From contig NC_085841.1 in assembly GCF_035594765.1 (NCBI RefSeq), forward strand, positions 236,922,689 through 236,986,688: a stretch of 64,000 nucleotides of DNA, read 5' to 3'. Position numbers and translations under genes: made by a program. Source of the stretch: Anolis carolinensis. Taxonomy: Eukaryota. The notes beneath the pieces were generated by a model. The model was not told where the DNA came from. It did no database searches and worked only from the letters and a program-made list of their open reading frames with translations. Below, piece after piece: positions 12,791 to 26,397 of this stretch (the stretch's first letter is position 1; each line of letters begins with the position of its first letter).

Positions 12791-13528
12791 GCCTTCAGAT
12801 GTGATCAGCATGAACCTTATTTTTTGCAGACAGGTCTGCTGGATTCCAGAAATCCCTAAATTCTTACAAGAATAGCTCAAACACCAGGAGTTGACAAGTG
12901 CTGTCATTTTTCCACCCTCCATTCATTACATATATGGTTTTCGTTGACTGACTGATTTTTGGACCACTGTGAATGAGTCCCACTTAATGCTCTCCCACAG
13001 TCCACATGAATGCTGTCATTCTTTTTTGGTAGAAATGATAAGATATGAATGAATCAGTGAAAAATAAGCACATATATGTATGAATGCAAGACCTGAGCAG
13101 GGCTGTTGAGAAGAGGGTGACTTGGAGGTATCTTGTTCATTGAGTCACCATAAGTTGTAGTTGACTTGATGGCAGCTAACATCCAGTGCTCTCTTTCTGC
13201 AAAATGTATTTTTCACCAGGGTTCTTACTCTGTTAAATATTTTTTGGTTTACTTCTAATACAGGAATATAGCCAGATGTTTCTCCAGTGGCCCAAACTCA
13301 CTAGCACTTTCTCAATTTTCTGCTAATCATGACATTATTATTATTACGTTTCCAATAATTTTTTAATTTTAGGACTTTTTATGGAAATATTAACTGTTGT
13401 AGAATGTCTGTTTTCTATGTAAAAACATTCTATTTGTTCTAACACAACTTTTTTAGCAAAAATGAAATTTTGTAAACGCAGTCTCAAAATGTAAAAAAAA
13501 AAATCTTGTGAAGGTTGACCATATTTTT

Positions 13529-13632
13529 CAAACTTTATTGCATACATTTTAGTGTTATATATATAGAATAAAAGGGGGAAAAGAAGAACCCCTCCCCCCA
13601 AAAAAACAAAAACAGAAAAAAATATAAAAAAT
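13529..13632 (-). mobile_element. Very short retro-insertion (probable L1 3' tip)
   Basis: 18-bp direct repeat AAGGTTGACCATATTTTT at 13511-13528 and 13633-13650; minus-strand AATAAA next to the T-run. Confidence 0.55.
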
Positions 13633-14474
13633 AAGGTTGACCATATTTTTGGAGGTTTCTCAAACACTGAAAAAGAGAAAATACGCATGTATTCTTTACT
13701 TCTCTACCAGGATGTAATCATGGCTATATGGCAAGAGTGTTTTACCTTATAGAGTTTGTCCTAGGCAAAATGTAATAGGATTGTGGAGGTGGAAAGGGGA
13801 AAGAGAAATAGAAGATGGTATAAAAATAGCTGTGAAATTTCTTTCTTAAACAGGAAAAGGAAGACGCCAAACATAGCCTGATGTTTCTCTCTTCTTTGGG
13901 AAAGGCGCTGTTGGCAAGGCAGCCAGAGTTGTGCAAAAGTAATCGTAGCCACTACTGGAATCCTGACATCTAAAAATCATGTGAGGCTAGGGTCATCTGC
14001 AATATAAGGACCTGTTTTTTCAAGGGAAGTTTAACCAGTAGTGTCTGGTGGGTTTGTTTCAGTGCCACAGTGAATCTGATGTAGGTTTACTACACACTTT
14101 AAAGGATCCACTATCCAAGGTGCCGAACCAATTTGTGAGATAGTGTTTAGGACCTTGGAAAGCTCCTTTAAAGTCTGGACTAAAAACTATGGTGGATTCA
14201 CTATCCCGCTTACATGAAAACCACAAGCCATTGCTGTCCAAATCAAATAAACAAGGGTTAGTTTTGCTTGTTAGTTTGCTCCCATCCTTATTTCAATTTT
14301 TTTTTTGCTGTCTCATTCAGAAAACAAAAAAGCTGAGAATATTTGCTGTCATTATTCTGTTTCATGGGGAAGCAGATGAAATAATTTTCTAAGACCAAAA
14401 CAGGTCAAGAGTAGATTTTTCTCCTTGATTTTGTCTTTCAGTGATCCAGAAGAAGTAAAAACAAAACTATAAAA

Positions 14475-15417
14475 ATGATGAAGTGGAATAATAGCACAGT
14501 GGCTGAGTTCATTTTCCTTGGCTTCACAGACTGTCAAGGAATTAAGGTACTGGTCTTTGCTCTCTTCTTGACCATCTATGTGACTACTCTGCTAGGAAAT
14601 ATCGGGATCATGGTGTTAATCTAGATCAGGCCCTGCTTGCATAGTCCAATGTACTTTTTTCCTCAACAATCTGGCCTTCCTGGACCTCAACTATTCCTCT
14701 GCCATTGCTCCCAAGATGCTGGTCCATTTTTTAGCCAAAAAGAAGACAATTTAATTCCCAGGATGCATTGCCCAAATGTATCTGTTTGCTTCCTTTGCAG
14801 ATGCAGAGTGCCTCTTGCTGGCTGCCATGGCATATGATCGCTACATGGCCATTTGCAATCCACTACTCTATCCAATTCTCATGTCTCACAAAGTGTGCAT
14901 TTTTCTGGTAGCTAGTTCTTATCTCATAGGCAGCATGAGCTCTTTGGTGCACACTTGCTTTACTTTCCACTTTTCCTTCTGCAACTCCAATGTGATCAAC
15001 CATTTCTTCTGTGACATCCCTCCATTGTTAGCTCTTTCCTGTTCCAACGCTTACATCAACGAAATCCTCCTCTTCACCCTATGTGGCTTCATCCAAAGTA
15101 GCACGTTTTTGTTCATCCTGGCCTCTTATGCCTATATTGTTTTTACCATCTTGAGTATCCCCTCAGCAAAACACCGTCATAAGACTTTCTCAACTTGTAC
15201 CTCACATTTGATAGCTGTTGTCCTTTTCTATGGTGCCCTCCTCTTCATGTACCTGCACCCAAGTTCCGAATATACCTTGGACAAAGATAAAATAATTGCT
15301 GTTTTTTATACTGTAGTGTTTCCCATGTTGAACCCCTTGATCTACACTCTGAGGAACAAAGAAGTGAAAGATGCCTTGAAGAGAACATTGGAAAGAAATG
15401 TGTGCTGTCATCAATGA
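14475..15417 (+). pseudogene. Olfactory receptor pseudogene, class II family 5 (OR5AS1-like)
   Basis: Motifs [52 protein letters not shown]. Lesions: TAG 14622-14624, +1 T in the run at 14655-14660, TAA 14752-14754. TM5-7 ([32 protein letters not shown]) recalls OR5AS1. Acceptor AG ends at 14441. Confidence 0.92.
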
Positions 15418-16820
15418 TGAATACTCAGCTGTGGGGAAAACACTCACTAAATTACGAATTCTCAATGAAACAGGCTGTCTCAATAAATTTAGCTACCTTT
15501 TGGCAGTTCATAACATAAGACTATGATCACTTGTTGTTGCTGTAGTTTCCACAGTTAGCATAAAAGGTCGCTGCTCAAAATCAGGGTAATTTCTTTCTTC
15601 GAAGCACAGCAAATACAGGAGAGCCCTGTGATTGATCAAATGGATATAACACATCCTCAGATGCTTCTGAGTTTTCATGATCCATGCTCCAAGGAAGCAA
15701 CAATTGTAGTTTAGCTATGAAATAGGTTCAGTTAACGAAATTTGTGCCAAAGAAGACCAATGCAAACTATTGTGTTCTTTCAAATGTGGTTTCTTTCACA
15801 TTTCCAAAAGAGTCAAGCAAGAATTAACTTCCCTATTCCCAAAATACAAGCTTCTAGGCATTATGTCAGGGATGGGTAGAAGGTAGTTGTAAGTCTACTC
15901 AGAAGACAGGAAAAATATTGTATGGGTCTACTCTGGGCAGAGGGTAGGTATGGGTCTATTCAGCATTTAAGTAGAATGTAGTCAAGGGTAAGTCTTATGC
16001 AGTAGGTCTTTAAAGATATTTGACTCATAAAAATTATTATACCTCATTCTCAAATTATATTGCTGAAATGTAAGATGCTTGTGGTGACCAAGAATAGCTT
16101 TTGATATGGCAGGATTTAGAAATGTGTGCAGAACAATAGGGTTCTTATATAAAAATCTCTAAGTAGACCACACAAATTTGATGTCTGCCCATCCTTGGAT
16201 CTCTAGCCTTGTATAGATCATATCAAAGTTGCATAGGGCTCAAACACTTACAAACCTGACATACAAAATCACATTATTTCAGAGAGGTACTACTAAAGAG
16301 GTATATCCTCTTCCTGATTCTCTTCCTTACGCTTCCCTGTTTTCATTCTGAATGCAAGAATGACATTTTTACCATTTTAAGTTGATACTTAAAATTATTT
16401 CTGAGTAATTCCCAAACTACCTACGAAAAGAAGAGTTTGGCTACCAAGTTTTGTCTTCTTTTCATATTTCTCTGATATTGTGTATGTAAAGAATGCATGT
16501 GAGCCTAAATGCAATTGCTACTCCCAAGTAGATTAGATCTGCTAAAATAATGGGAACCTGATAAGTCAACATTTGTGTAATTTCTATTAATGTATTGGGT
16601 CTATTGCAATAACAATTGGACTCAGCATAATGCACTGTAGAGATACACAGACTCCTTCTGAGAAGAGCAGCCATTTAAAGTAAATGTCTGAACACAATGA
16701 TTTCATATCGCACATCTTTTGTATTAAGCATTACCAGGAAGTATAAATGATATCTTGATATTATATAGCTGGGGCCTAAACAAAAATAACAGTAGAAACA
16801 ACACTATAGACTGCAAGCAT

Positions 16821-17151
16821 AGGTAAAGGTAAAGGTTTCCCCTGATGTTAAGTCCAGTCATGACCAACTCTGGGGGTTGGTGCTCATCTCCATTTCTAAG
16901 CCGAAGAGCCGGTGTTGTCCGTAGACACCTCCAAGGTCATGTGGCCGGCATGACTGCATGGAGCACCGTTACCTTCCCACCACAGCGGTACTTATGATCT
17001 ACTCACATTTGCATGTTTTCGAACTGCTAGGTTGGCAGGAGCTGGGGCTAACAGCGGGCGCTCATTCTGCTCCTGGGATTTCAATCTGGGACTTTTTGGT
17101 CTGCAAGTTCAGCAGCTCAGCGCTTTTACACACTGTGCCACCAGGGGCTCC
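16821..17151 (-). mobile_element. Sauria SINE
   Basis: (ACCTTT)n BovB-like tail and tRNA-like head ggagcccctggtggcacagtg; flanking direct repeat CAAGCATA. Confidence 0.9.
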
Positions 17152-17481
17152 AACTTCAAGCATACCTATTGAATATCTGCATCTCTAAGAATATTCCAAT
17201 TTTTTTTCAAACCACCTTACATTGTTTATGCCAGATTGGATTTCCATTAATGTGGTGTTGCTAGGCATTTTTCATGTACACAACCCACCCAATGGCCTGA
17301 TTGCACATGATTTTTTCCCAAAAGAGAGTGAGGTTGAATAAGAACCTGAATCAAGATTTTGTTGAACTAGACCCCTGCATAGACTGTCTTCCTCAAACTC
17401 TGAGTTATTGTGTATGTCAAAAGAAAAGTTGCAGGAAGAAGAGATGGTGGACCCATTAATCTGATACACTCATTTGGTATA

Positions 17482-17819
17482 CAGTGTTCCCTCACTTATT
17501 ACGGGGGTTACGTTCCAGGACCACCCACCATAAGTGAAAATCCACAAAGTAGGGACACTATATTTATTTTATATTTATATTTTTAGTAGTTTTACAATAT
17601 TTTAAGTCTTTATCAACCAATCATGTGTTGATAAATCGCCTCCTTCTCCTCCTGTTGCCGCTTGGGCTCCTTTTCTCTCCCTTTGGCTTCTCCTTCCTCC
17701 CTTCCTTAGGCTGTAAATTGTAATTTTTTATGATTTATAATAGTCTTTTAAAATTTATTGAAAAACCGCAAAACAGCAAATCCGCGAAAAGTGAACCACG
17801 AAGTAGTGACGGAACACTG
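17482..17819. mobile_element. Tc1/mariner (Tigger-like) MITE, family B
   Basis: TIR cagtgttccctcact / agtgacggaacactg; TA TSD; sister copy at 29493. Confidence 0.85.
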
Positions 17820-18957
17820 TACTTAAAAACCAGTGCAGGGTTCAGAATGTCGTTTGGTTTGAAAGTAACAAGAGTCACTTTTGGTAAATTAAAATGAAGT
17901 AGCTTTATAATGGGACTAGGCAAAGTGAAGTCCAATTTTGTTTTGTGACCCTTTTACCCACTTTCTCAGATGACTTTTGGCAATTGATTGGCTGCTACAG
18001 AGTGAGGAATGTATATAAATAGTAAATGTTAACTTTTAACAGTACAAAGAAAGTAAAATGCCTCTTGGAAAGATAGTAGAAATTCCTACCAAGTCTAAAA
18101 GCAACCAGCAACTGCCTGTACTGCCTAAAATTTATTATTTATTTATTTATTATTTAAACTTATATGCCACCACTCCCCTAGGGCTCGGGGCAGCTTTTAA
18201 GATGAACAGAGCAAAGGACAAAAAACAAAGAGCTGACCTGGGAACTGACCTGTAAAACCTGTGGGCTCCTCCTCAGCCTTTCCAAGCCTGGTATCATATA
18301 CCTTATTGTAAATGCTCACTACACACCAGTCTTCGTACCAGCAGTGAGTAATGGCATCCTTTCGCCGTAGTCTGGCAGGAGTGAGGGTACATTTCTTTTC
18401 AAGCAATGTAACATTATTTTTAATGTCGTTATTATTTAATATAATCATCTGTATATGCTTTAATGTTATAATTTATTGCATTTTGGTTGCATTTGCTTAA
18501 TTATGTCATAAGGCAGTATTGGAAAAATGGAGGGGACACCGAAGAAACAAACAAACAATGATACAAATGGGAAAATGTTTAAACAAATCAACAATACCCA
18601 AAGTAGCCTCTGGTTTCAGTTACAAGTATGATGATCTACAATTAAAAGGCAAGCATTTAAATCAGGAAACCAGGAAGTATCTAGACCAGACAAAATTCTG
18701 TGCAACATATATTCTATGTAACTCATTCTAATTTTTATGTTAAAAATGGCAATTTAGGTAGCATGGCATCAGCATCAGGTTATTGACAGTTCAAACCAGA
18801 GAATCTCTGTTTCTGTGCTTCCAGTACATCCCATCTATTTGTCCCTACCACTACCCACTGGAAGGCATTGAGATGACATTATTTGTTCAAGTATAAGAAT
18901 CATAAATATTCTGTAATCTTCAGACCTGGATTAGTTTCATGAAATATAACTAATTAT

Positions 18958-19142
18958 TAGGGTTGTCCATATCGTCGTAAAAATTGTCATACCGTTATAA
19001 TTTCGTTATGTTCCCGTTTTTTGACACGAGTATTGAAACGTTTTCCCTGGGTGCAACTGGCAATGTAATACGATCCATTGTTGGCCCATTCTGTAATTGT
19101 GTCTTAAAAATTTCGTTAATTTTTTTCCTTCCAAATATTTTT

Positions 19143-19203
<61 letters not shown>

Positions 19204-20373
19204 TCTGCAACCTAACATGAACGGGAGCCTAGCGCAGCCTAACAAGGCTCCCGCTCCCTGCCAATCAGAGTCTTCCACGATGGCTAAAAAAGGTGGGGGC
19301 TAGCGTCCTCCCCTCGACGTGTAGAATCGCTATAAAAATGGCCTCCGCACGGAGCCAAGCCATTCTCTGGGTTGGGATACCGAGGAGAGAGGGTGGTTAG
19401 CACGCGCGCCGTGAAGCTGAGAGGGCAAAGTGGCTGGTTGTTGCCGGTTAGATATTGTGTTGGGGGGAAATTGGCTTGGGGCTTGGGGCAGAGGGTTAGG
19501 GTTAGGATTAGGGTTAGGATGTTGGGAATTTTTATTTTCCAAAGGAGTCTGCGTCCCTCCCTGTAACCACTAGCTTTGGGGCTTTTGGGGTGCTTTTTCT
19601 TTTTGAGGTAGACTTTTTGCCTTTCCTTTGCAAAGTTTTCTGGAAGAAAGCAATAAAACCCATATAAGGCTTTCCAAGCCTGCAAAGTGTGCACCCCTTT
19701 TCCTTGTTGCACAAAAAAAAAAAAACCCCGGCCACCGCTTTTTATTAGATAGGGGCAGGGTGTGTGGTGTGGGGCTCAGGTCACAAGGGAGTGGGACATG
19801 AGCTCCCATGTCTTAGGAAGCTGAAATATCACCACCTTATTTTTAGATAGGAGCGGGGGGTTTCCAGTTTCTGCAAATGACCACCATTTTCGCTGATTTC
19901 TGGCCACAGCAACAAATATACACAAATAGAAAAGAGGGACTTTCACAGTGAAGAACCCAATTGAACAGGAAGTAAGACTTTCAAAACAGGATCAGGTTTC
20001 TTAAAATATAAAAAAATAGAATATTATAAAAAGTTATAAAAATTTGCCAAAAATCATAGGAGACAGGAAACATTCTGCAATTTGTTGAGCAAAGAGTGTG
20101 GAATGTGTTCTCCCACTGTACCAAATTTGATGAGAATAGCTCAAGAAATGAGGGCGGGAGACCCCCAGAAAAGTCCCCCCCGGTTTCCTGGTTTTTGGCG
20201 ATTGCGCATGCGCGTCCGCCATTTTAGAAACATTTTAGAAACATTACGATTTTTCGTAAATATCCAAAAATTTTGGGTGAAACATTTAGAAATAATTTCT
20301 ACAACGGAGAGCCGGCACCCCCTACTTTAGAAACGAGAATTGAAACAATTTTTCCATCGATTGGGCAACCCTA
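18958..20373. mobile_element. Non-autonomous hAT transposon (1.4 kb)
   Basis: TIR tagggttgtcca / tgggcaacccta; perfect 8-bp TSD CTAATTAT (18950-18957, 20374-20381); CpG-rich subtermini; internal (TA)n and TTAGGG-like repeats; no transposase. Confidence 0.88.
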
Positions 20374-21299
20374 CTAATTATAATTGAGGCTGCCAGTGAC
20401 ATGGTCCATGTTTCTGCCAGAAGATCTCTGGCCACATTAGCATTTATCACTTGTACTGCAATTTATGAGACTTGGGCTATAATCCTGTGCATCCTTATCT
20501 GGAACTAAGTTCCTGTGAACTCAGTGGGACCCACTTCTAAATTTGCATGCACATGACAGTTCTGTTAATCCCCATGCCACAGTTTAATTACATTAACCAT
20601 ATGATGTTACTCCCAGTTGTGAAATCAGTTTGTTCTGAAGCATACCCATTAATCTGTTGAGCAATGGCTGTTAATTGAATTAAGGATCATATTCATGTGA
20701 GCAAAGGAAGAGGATTGTGATTTATTTCCTTCCTTTAAAATGAGTGGGGGTGTGACTACTATTCAAACTAAAGTTCATGTTCTTTGAACAAATGGCTGAA
20801 CTAGAGGTAAGCACTATTCTTCTTTCTTTCTTTTTTTTGTTTGGATTTGTTTATATCAACCATTGTCAAAAGTGCATACTCCAAAACTTCCCACCCTGAA
20901 AACAAATCAACCCTCATAACAAATCACTATAGTGAAATCAGCATGCCATAGGATCCAAAGACATTATTTAAAGAGCACTTATCCAGAGTTGCATTCACTT
21001 ACATTGCATGATGCATAGAACCTATATACTGTAATTCATAGAACAGCTGTGTACATTCAAGGGTTTATTTATTTATTTATTTACAACATTTCTACCCCGC
21101 CTTTCTCACCCGAGGGGACTCAGGGCGGCTTACAACAACTGGCAAAATTCAATGCCAAACAAAGGGTTGTAAAAGTTCTCCATCTCCAGTAGTTGATAAA
21201 GCTCTATATAAATGCTTAGTTGCATAAAATTCTTCAACATCTGAAACACATGGATTGATGAAAAGGGTTTAAGTTTAAATAAAAATCCAAAGAAATGAA

Positions 21300-21912
21300 A
21301 CTTTAATCTATCATTTGAAAGTAAGGTTGCCAGAAGTTGAAGCTAGAATTCCTTGAGTCATGAGCAAGAAGCAGCAGATTATCCAAAAGTCCAGCCTGAA
21401 GTGAAAGGTATGAAATTCAAACCAACGATATTATAGCCAAAAATCAGATTAACAGAAGTTGAAGCCAAAAATCTTTGATTAATAACTGAGAAGAAGCAGA
21501 ATCATGTCCAGGATGAGAGCAAACAGGCATTGGACTCAAAACGAGTAACAATGTTGTCTGCTGACAAAGAGTCACAACTCTCAGGGCTTTATATATTGAG
21601 ATTTTAGCTAGTGTTTCTGTAACAATAATTTCTCAGCTAATCTCTCAGATCTGCGATATCCTGCTGACTCTTTTCTATGCTATAGAGGTATGGGTATGTT
21701 TAACCCCCCCTGTACCTTGCTCAGATGTGCTTGCTTCAGCTTCCTCTAAAGGGACTTGCTCAAAATACTGGGGAGTGTTTGCTTCTGCTGAAGGCTCATC
21801 TTCAGCAATAGCAGAGCAGGGCAAGGCGGAGTGATGGAAGCTGCTGATCTCTACTTCCTCGGCTGTCCCTTCTATCAATTTCTCATCCAAACTATCCAAG
21901 TTGGCCATGATT
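21300..21912 (-). mobile_element. Degenerate LTR related to 9146-9822
   Basis: Acidic ORF 21675-21908, then frameshifted YRRSERLAEK and TATATAAA; 3' boundary uncertain. Confidence 0.5.
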
Positions 21913-22449
21913 GGCCTTTCAGCGTTTCAAAAGATCATGCTTCTTGATACCGATAAGAATCAAGAATTAGTTTCTCTGCATTACTATTCAGTTTTCTTAT
22001 GCAGGATAGTTTCTGTATTTCCATCTTGACAGCCTATTTGGTTTGTACCATAAACTGATCCCATTTTGACATAGCTGAGGATCTGGATTAAAAACTAAAG
22101 GTCTTCATAGGAAGAAGAGGATCTGAACTTAATAAGCACTTCAACTAGAGGCCATCTCAGGTAGTAACTTTGGGGGATCTCTTCCACAACTTATTTATTA
22201 AATTTATTATTTATTAAATGTTTTATATTTGACGCTATATTTCAGGCTACTAAAGAGCAGGTGGAATTATTCCGAAAGATTTTACTCATCCTGTTTGCTT
22301 TACTTCTGGTGTCTTCAGATAATCATGATCTCTATAGACAGACAGGCTGAGCAAATGTTGGCCCTCCAGATTCATGTGATAAGAGAGAAAAGTGACTAAA
22401 ATAGGTTAAATAAACCTAGTCGCCATCATTTTTTAGATCAATTAAGCTC

Positions 22450-22963
22450 TAAACAGCTCTGGCCCAGCTTACTTGTCCAAATGTATCTCCCTCTATGATC
22501 CACCTCGGAGGTTAATATTGTCGGGGGAGGCCTTGCTTTCTATCCCACCACCCTGGCAAGTGTGATTGGTGCAGACGAGAAACAGAACCTTCTCAGTTGT
22601 GGCCCCTCATCTGTGGAACTCCCTCATTAATGAAATCAGGCCAGCTCCCTCCTCCTGTCTTTTTGGAAAAAAACTTAAAACATGGTTGTGGGACCAGGCA
22701 TTCAAGCAGCAAACGCAGCAATTATAATAAGAACAGTTTATGTGACTGATAATGGACAGACCCTGGACTATGACTTGAACTTGTGTAATTTTAAATGATG
22801 TTTTTATAATTCATGTTTTAATTTTCTGTTTTTCATTGTAATTGTTTTATAACTGTTTGCTTTTGGTATCTACTGACTGCTGGTTGTGAGGCTGTCCTAA
22901 GCCCCCCCCCCTTGGGGGGGGGGAGAAGAAAAGGATACAAATGTATGAAATAAATAAATAAAT
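22450..22963 (+). mobile_element. L2 LINE 3' fragment
   Basis: RTFSVVAPHLWNSL...KTWLWDQAF, then an AT-rich UTR and (TAAA)n tail. Confidence 0.75.
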
Positions 22964-25900
22964 ATTTCTTTACAATTATACCACTGAGAAGAACTTTAAT
23001 GCTTTTGCCTTTTGGGTATTTTTTAATGTTTCATATGATTTTCTCCCCTGAGGTCTGATGTAAGACTTCTTCTCCCATTGAAGTCCAAACAGATACTGAA
23101 TACAAAATGTAGTCTTGAGTCTGCACATGCTCAGTATAATCACATATATATAACTCCCACACCAAAGAGTCAAACTGGCAAATCAACATACATATATAAT
23201 GCAGGTTACCAAATATACATATTAACAAATAAATAGTGTGTGGCTTGGGATGTTGCTATTTCCAACAGACCATTAATGTGACTACCATGTAATCTCCCCA
23301 TCATGTGTATCTACTGAAATCATAACACCCCATCCCCCCCTTCCCAGATTAATGTTTTATATTATTATTCTCTGCATTGTTTTAGATAACTCCATCATGT
23401 GATTCCAAGAACTCCATCACACTGAGCTGGAAAAAATGAGGGAAACCAGGGGGAAGAGTAGAGTTTCATGGGGTTTTGTCTTTACAGAAGATGAAGAATT
23501 TGCTCATTCCCATCACACTAAGATCATCTCCTCCAGCTCCTAACTAAACCATCCTTTCAATGCCATAGGTTGATAACAGCAGAAAAATTAAACATATAGC
23601 AAAGAAAACATATCAGACACATTCAATTTTAAACAAAGCCAACTTAAATAAAATAAAATTCAAAACATTTCTCAGCAGTTTCCAGAATAGGTTATTAACT
23701 AAAAATGAACTTTATATTGAAATGGTGCTGCAAGGGTTCACACTATAGGAACATCTATACCAAGGAGAATACAACTCCAATTGAAATCAGAGAACCCGTG
23801 TATAACACACAGCTGTAGGAATATTTAACTGAACTGAGGCTTGGAGTATATTCTGGACAGACTCTATTCAGCGGGCGGCCCATGTGGGGATTGGAGCCTT
23901 TGACCCAACTTGTCAGCTTCCCAGAAGTAGCTACTTGCTCCCTGTTGGCAGCATCTTTCTGGAAAAGTAGTACTTTAATTTCATTTAAAACAGCTTCCAT
24001 ATCTTCTGGGGCTTTTTCAAGTTGCAGTAGCAAGAAGAATGAAAAGTATATGTGTGTAGATATATATAGCAAAGGCCCTGGAAAAGATGGTTGACTATTA
24101 TTAATTATCCTCCCTTATCTAGCCTCCTGAAAATCTGCTCTAAAGATTTGCTGAATTTCAGAAAATAAGAGCAGGAGTGTATCAGTTAAAAAATAGCTTC
24201 CATCCTCCTCTGTTAGCAGAGTTCTCTGCTGGATCAATAAATCTTCTGTGAATGGAAAAGGGCTCCTGGGTCCAGCTAATTATGTTTGTCTTTCTTTTCC
24301 TCCAAGTTTGGACAAGACAGCCTCTGGAAGACAATCATACTCAGGCACGGGTGAGCGCCCACGATGATGATGGGCACACAAAAAGAAAGAATCTTCCATT
24401 AGGGAAAAACATAAGCTTTTGTTTTTCTTGGGGATTACGAGCTTAAGAAGTGTGAGTTTAAAGCTTCTACTCCATGTCTATTAATAGTGACATGCAGGCC
24501 AGTTGATTCTTTATATCTACAAGAAAATCTCATGCCTCGCCATAAATAAAGCCTAATAATTTCCCATGGTGTGTGGTACTTTGAAGGAAACAGCCAGTTA
24601 ATCTGTGATACTTTGAACTCTGTATCATCTATTATAGTTATCGTGTAATGAAGTAGTACACAGTGCTACTTCCTTTGATAATTACGGTATATGTCTAATA
24701 TCATGCATACATAAATTTGCATCTTTGGCAGAAATATTGAACAATGCCTAAACACAGGAATGGATCTATAAGTCAGTACTGCTTTTCTTTAATTTATCAT
24801 TTTTTGTTTTTAGTTTTTCTGACAGAAAGTTAGATTTATCTCAAATACTCATATTTAAAGTTTACACAGAAATCTGGATGGATGTGTCCTGCATATTCTT
24901 CTTTATAGATGCATTTTATGCATTTTGTTTTTAAGTTTACATTAGTTTGGCAAACAAATTCCCTTGTCCAAGATCTGAACATTATTTCCATCATTTTGGA
25001 ACACTTCCCTTTATTGTATGTATCATACATGCATTTTTCTACACATTTAAAAAAAATCTCTGAGCAGGTTTCAATCAATATTTGAACTCTGGCTAACAGT
25101 TTATCTGTCAAAGTGCCAGATTAGGAAAATTTGTCTTAAAATATATACTAAAGAAAACTTTCCCCCAGTCCTTTATAATTCAAATTGGATTGTTCTGAAA
25201 GCTTCACAACCATGTCATAGTTTTGGAAATCTCAGAAAACTGTTGCTGGCTTAGGTTTACTGCCTTTTTAGCATGACATTTCTCCAATCTCTCCCTATGA
25301 AGAAAATGTGGTAGGTTTACGACTGACAGATATAGTTTTCAACGAAGGAAACATATTAGCAAAAGTTGTCCTTTAACTTTAAGTCACAATTCCTCTTTTT
25401 GAAACTTTATATGATGCATATTATTATGAGTTCTATATTAAAAAAATACTCCCACATATAAACACAGAGGAATGTAAATTAATACCTTCAGTCCATCGCA
25501 CAAAATTAATTCTTCGATCTCTTATTTTATGCTCATGCACATGTGCGAGAATTTACAAGTAATTTCCCTAGAAGCTGTTATGTAGGCCACATTCATACAA
25601 ACTATCCATCAAACCAAAGAGATTAAGCAAATCCTCTCTACATTTTACAGATTCTTCTAGCATATGTGCCCCAAATCTGTCTGATATTGTCAGACTTTAC
25701 CTCTACTAAAGAAGCAACCATGGCTGCAAATTTCATCCAGTTCTGTGAAGAAATAAAAGTTATTGGTTCCCTTTAAAAAATAACATGTTATTTATGTTGT
25801 TTAAAGAAATAAAGAAATGCTTGTAACAGAAATGCTTTTCAGAGTGGCTCCCTGAAGAGAGTGGCAAGAGGGGGTGACAATATGTGATAAGTCCCAGCAA

Positions 25901-26397
25901 AAAATGTCCTGCTGTAATGGCAATTTTTCTGCCCCATGTGATATACTACTTAGTTTGAAAAGAAGACAAACTCAGTCTAACTATTTCAGGCAAAGTTTAT
26001 TTTCTGCTAATCAGGAATCATACACTTAAGTCTTCCTCTGCATTCAAGATTATACAGCAAAATCAACTGTTTGCCTCTGTCTTGTGTAAGAATATAGACT
26101 GCTCAGATATAAGGAAGATTCTGTGGAAAAAAATATATTATCAAAAAACTGAGACCAAAATATTAGAGCACTTGCCAAAACAGCCCTAGCATGGATGCAC
26201 TTTTTAAGACAGCCAAATCACAGTTGGCTGGAATGTAAACAAGCACCCTAAACAAGGAAATTATATCATTCCCATTGCTTTAGATGACATAAGTGTCTCA
26301 TCGAGTTGCCAGATTAGAATCTGGAGACATTTTTATACTTTTAATAAGAGAGAGAGAGAATTTCAGCAGGTATTGCTTGTTGCCTTGCTATGTGTCA

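Noticed and set aside
18984-19303. (IY)n ORFs
   Set aside because: (TA)n microsatellite inside a hAT element.
20560-20700. TAAT/ATTA-rich stretch as an OR enhancer (also 41040-41150)
   Set aside because: Such cores are expected by chance in AT-rich DNA; no clear composite homeodomain plus O/E site seen.
23755-24072. Coiled-coil-like ORF (LEKAPEDMEAVLNEIKVLLFQKD)
   Set aside because: No recognisable homology, no convincing splice-site pair and no partner exons; it would need a tBLASTn hit.
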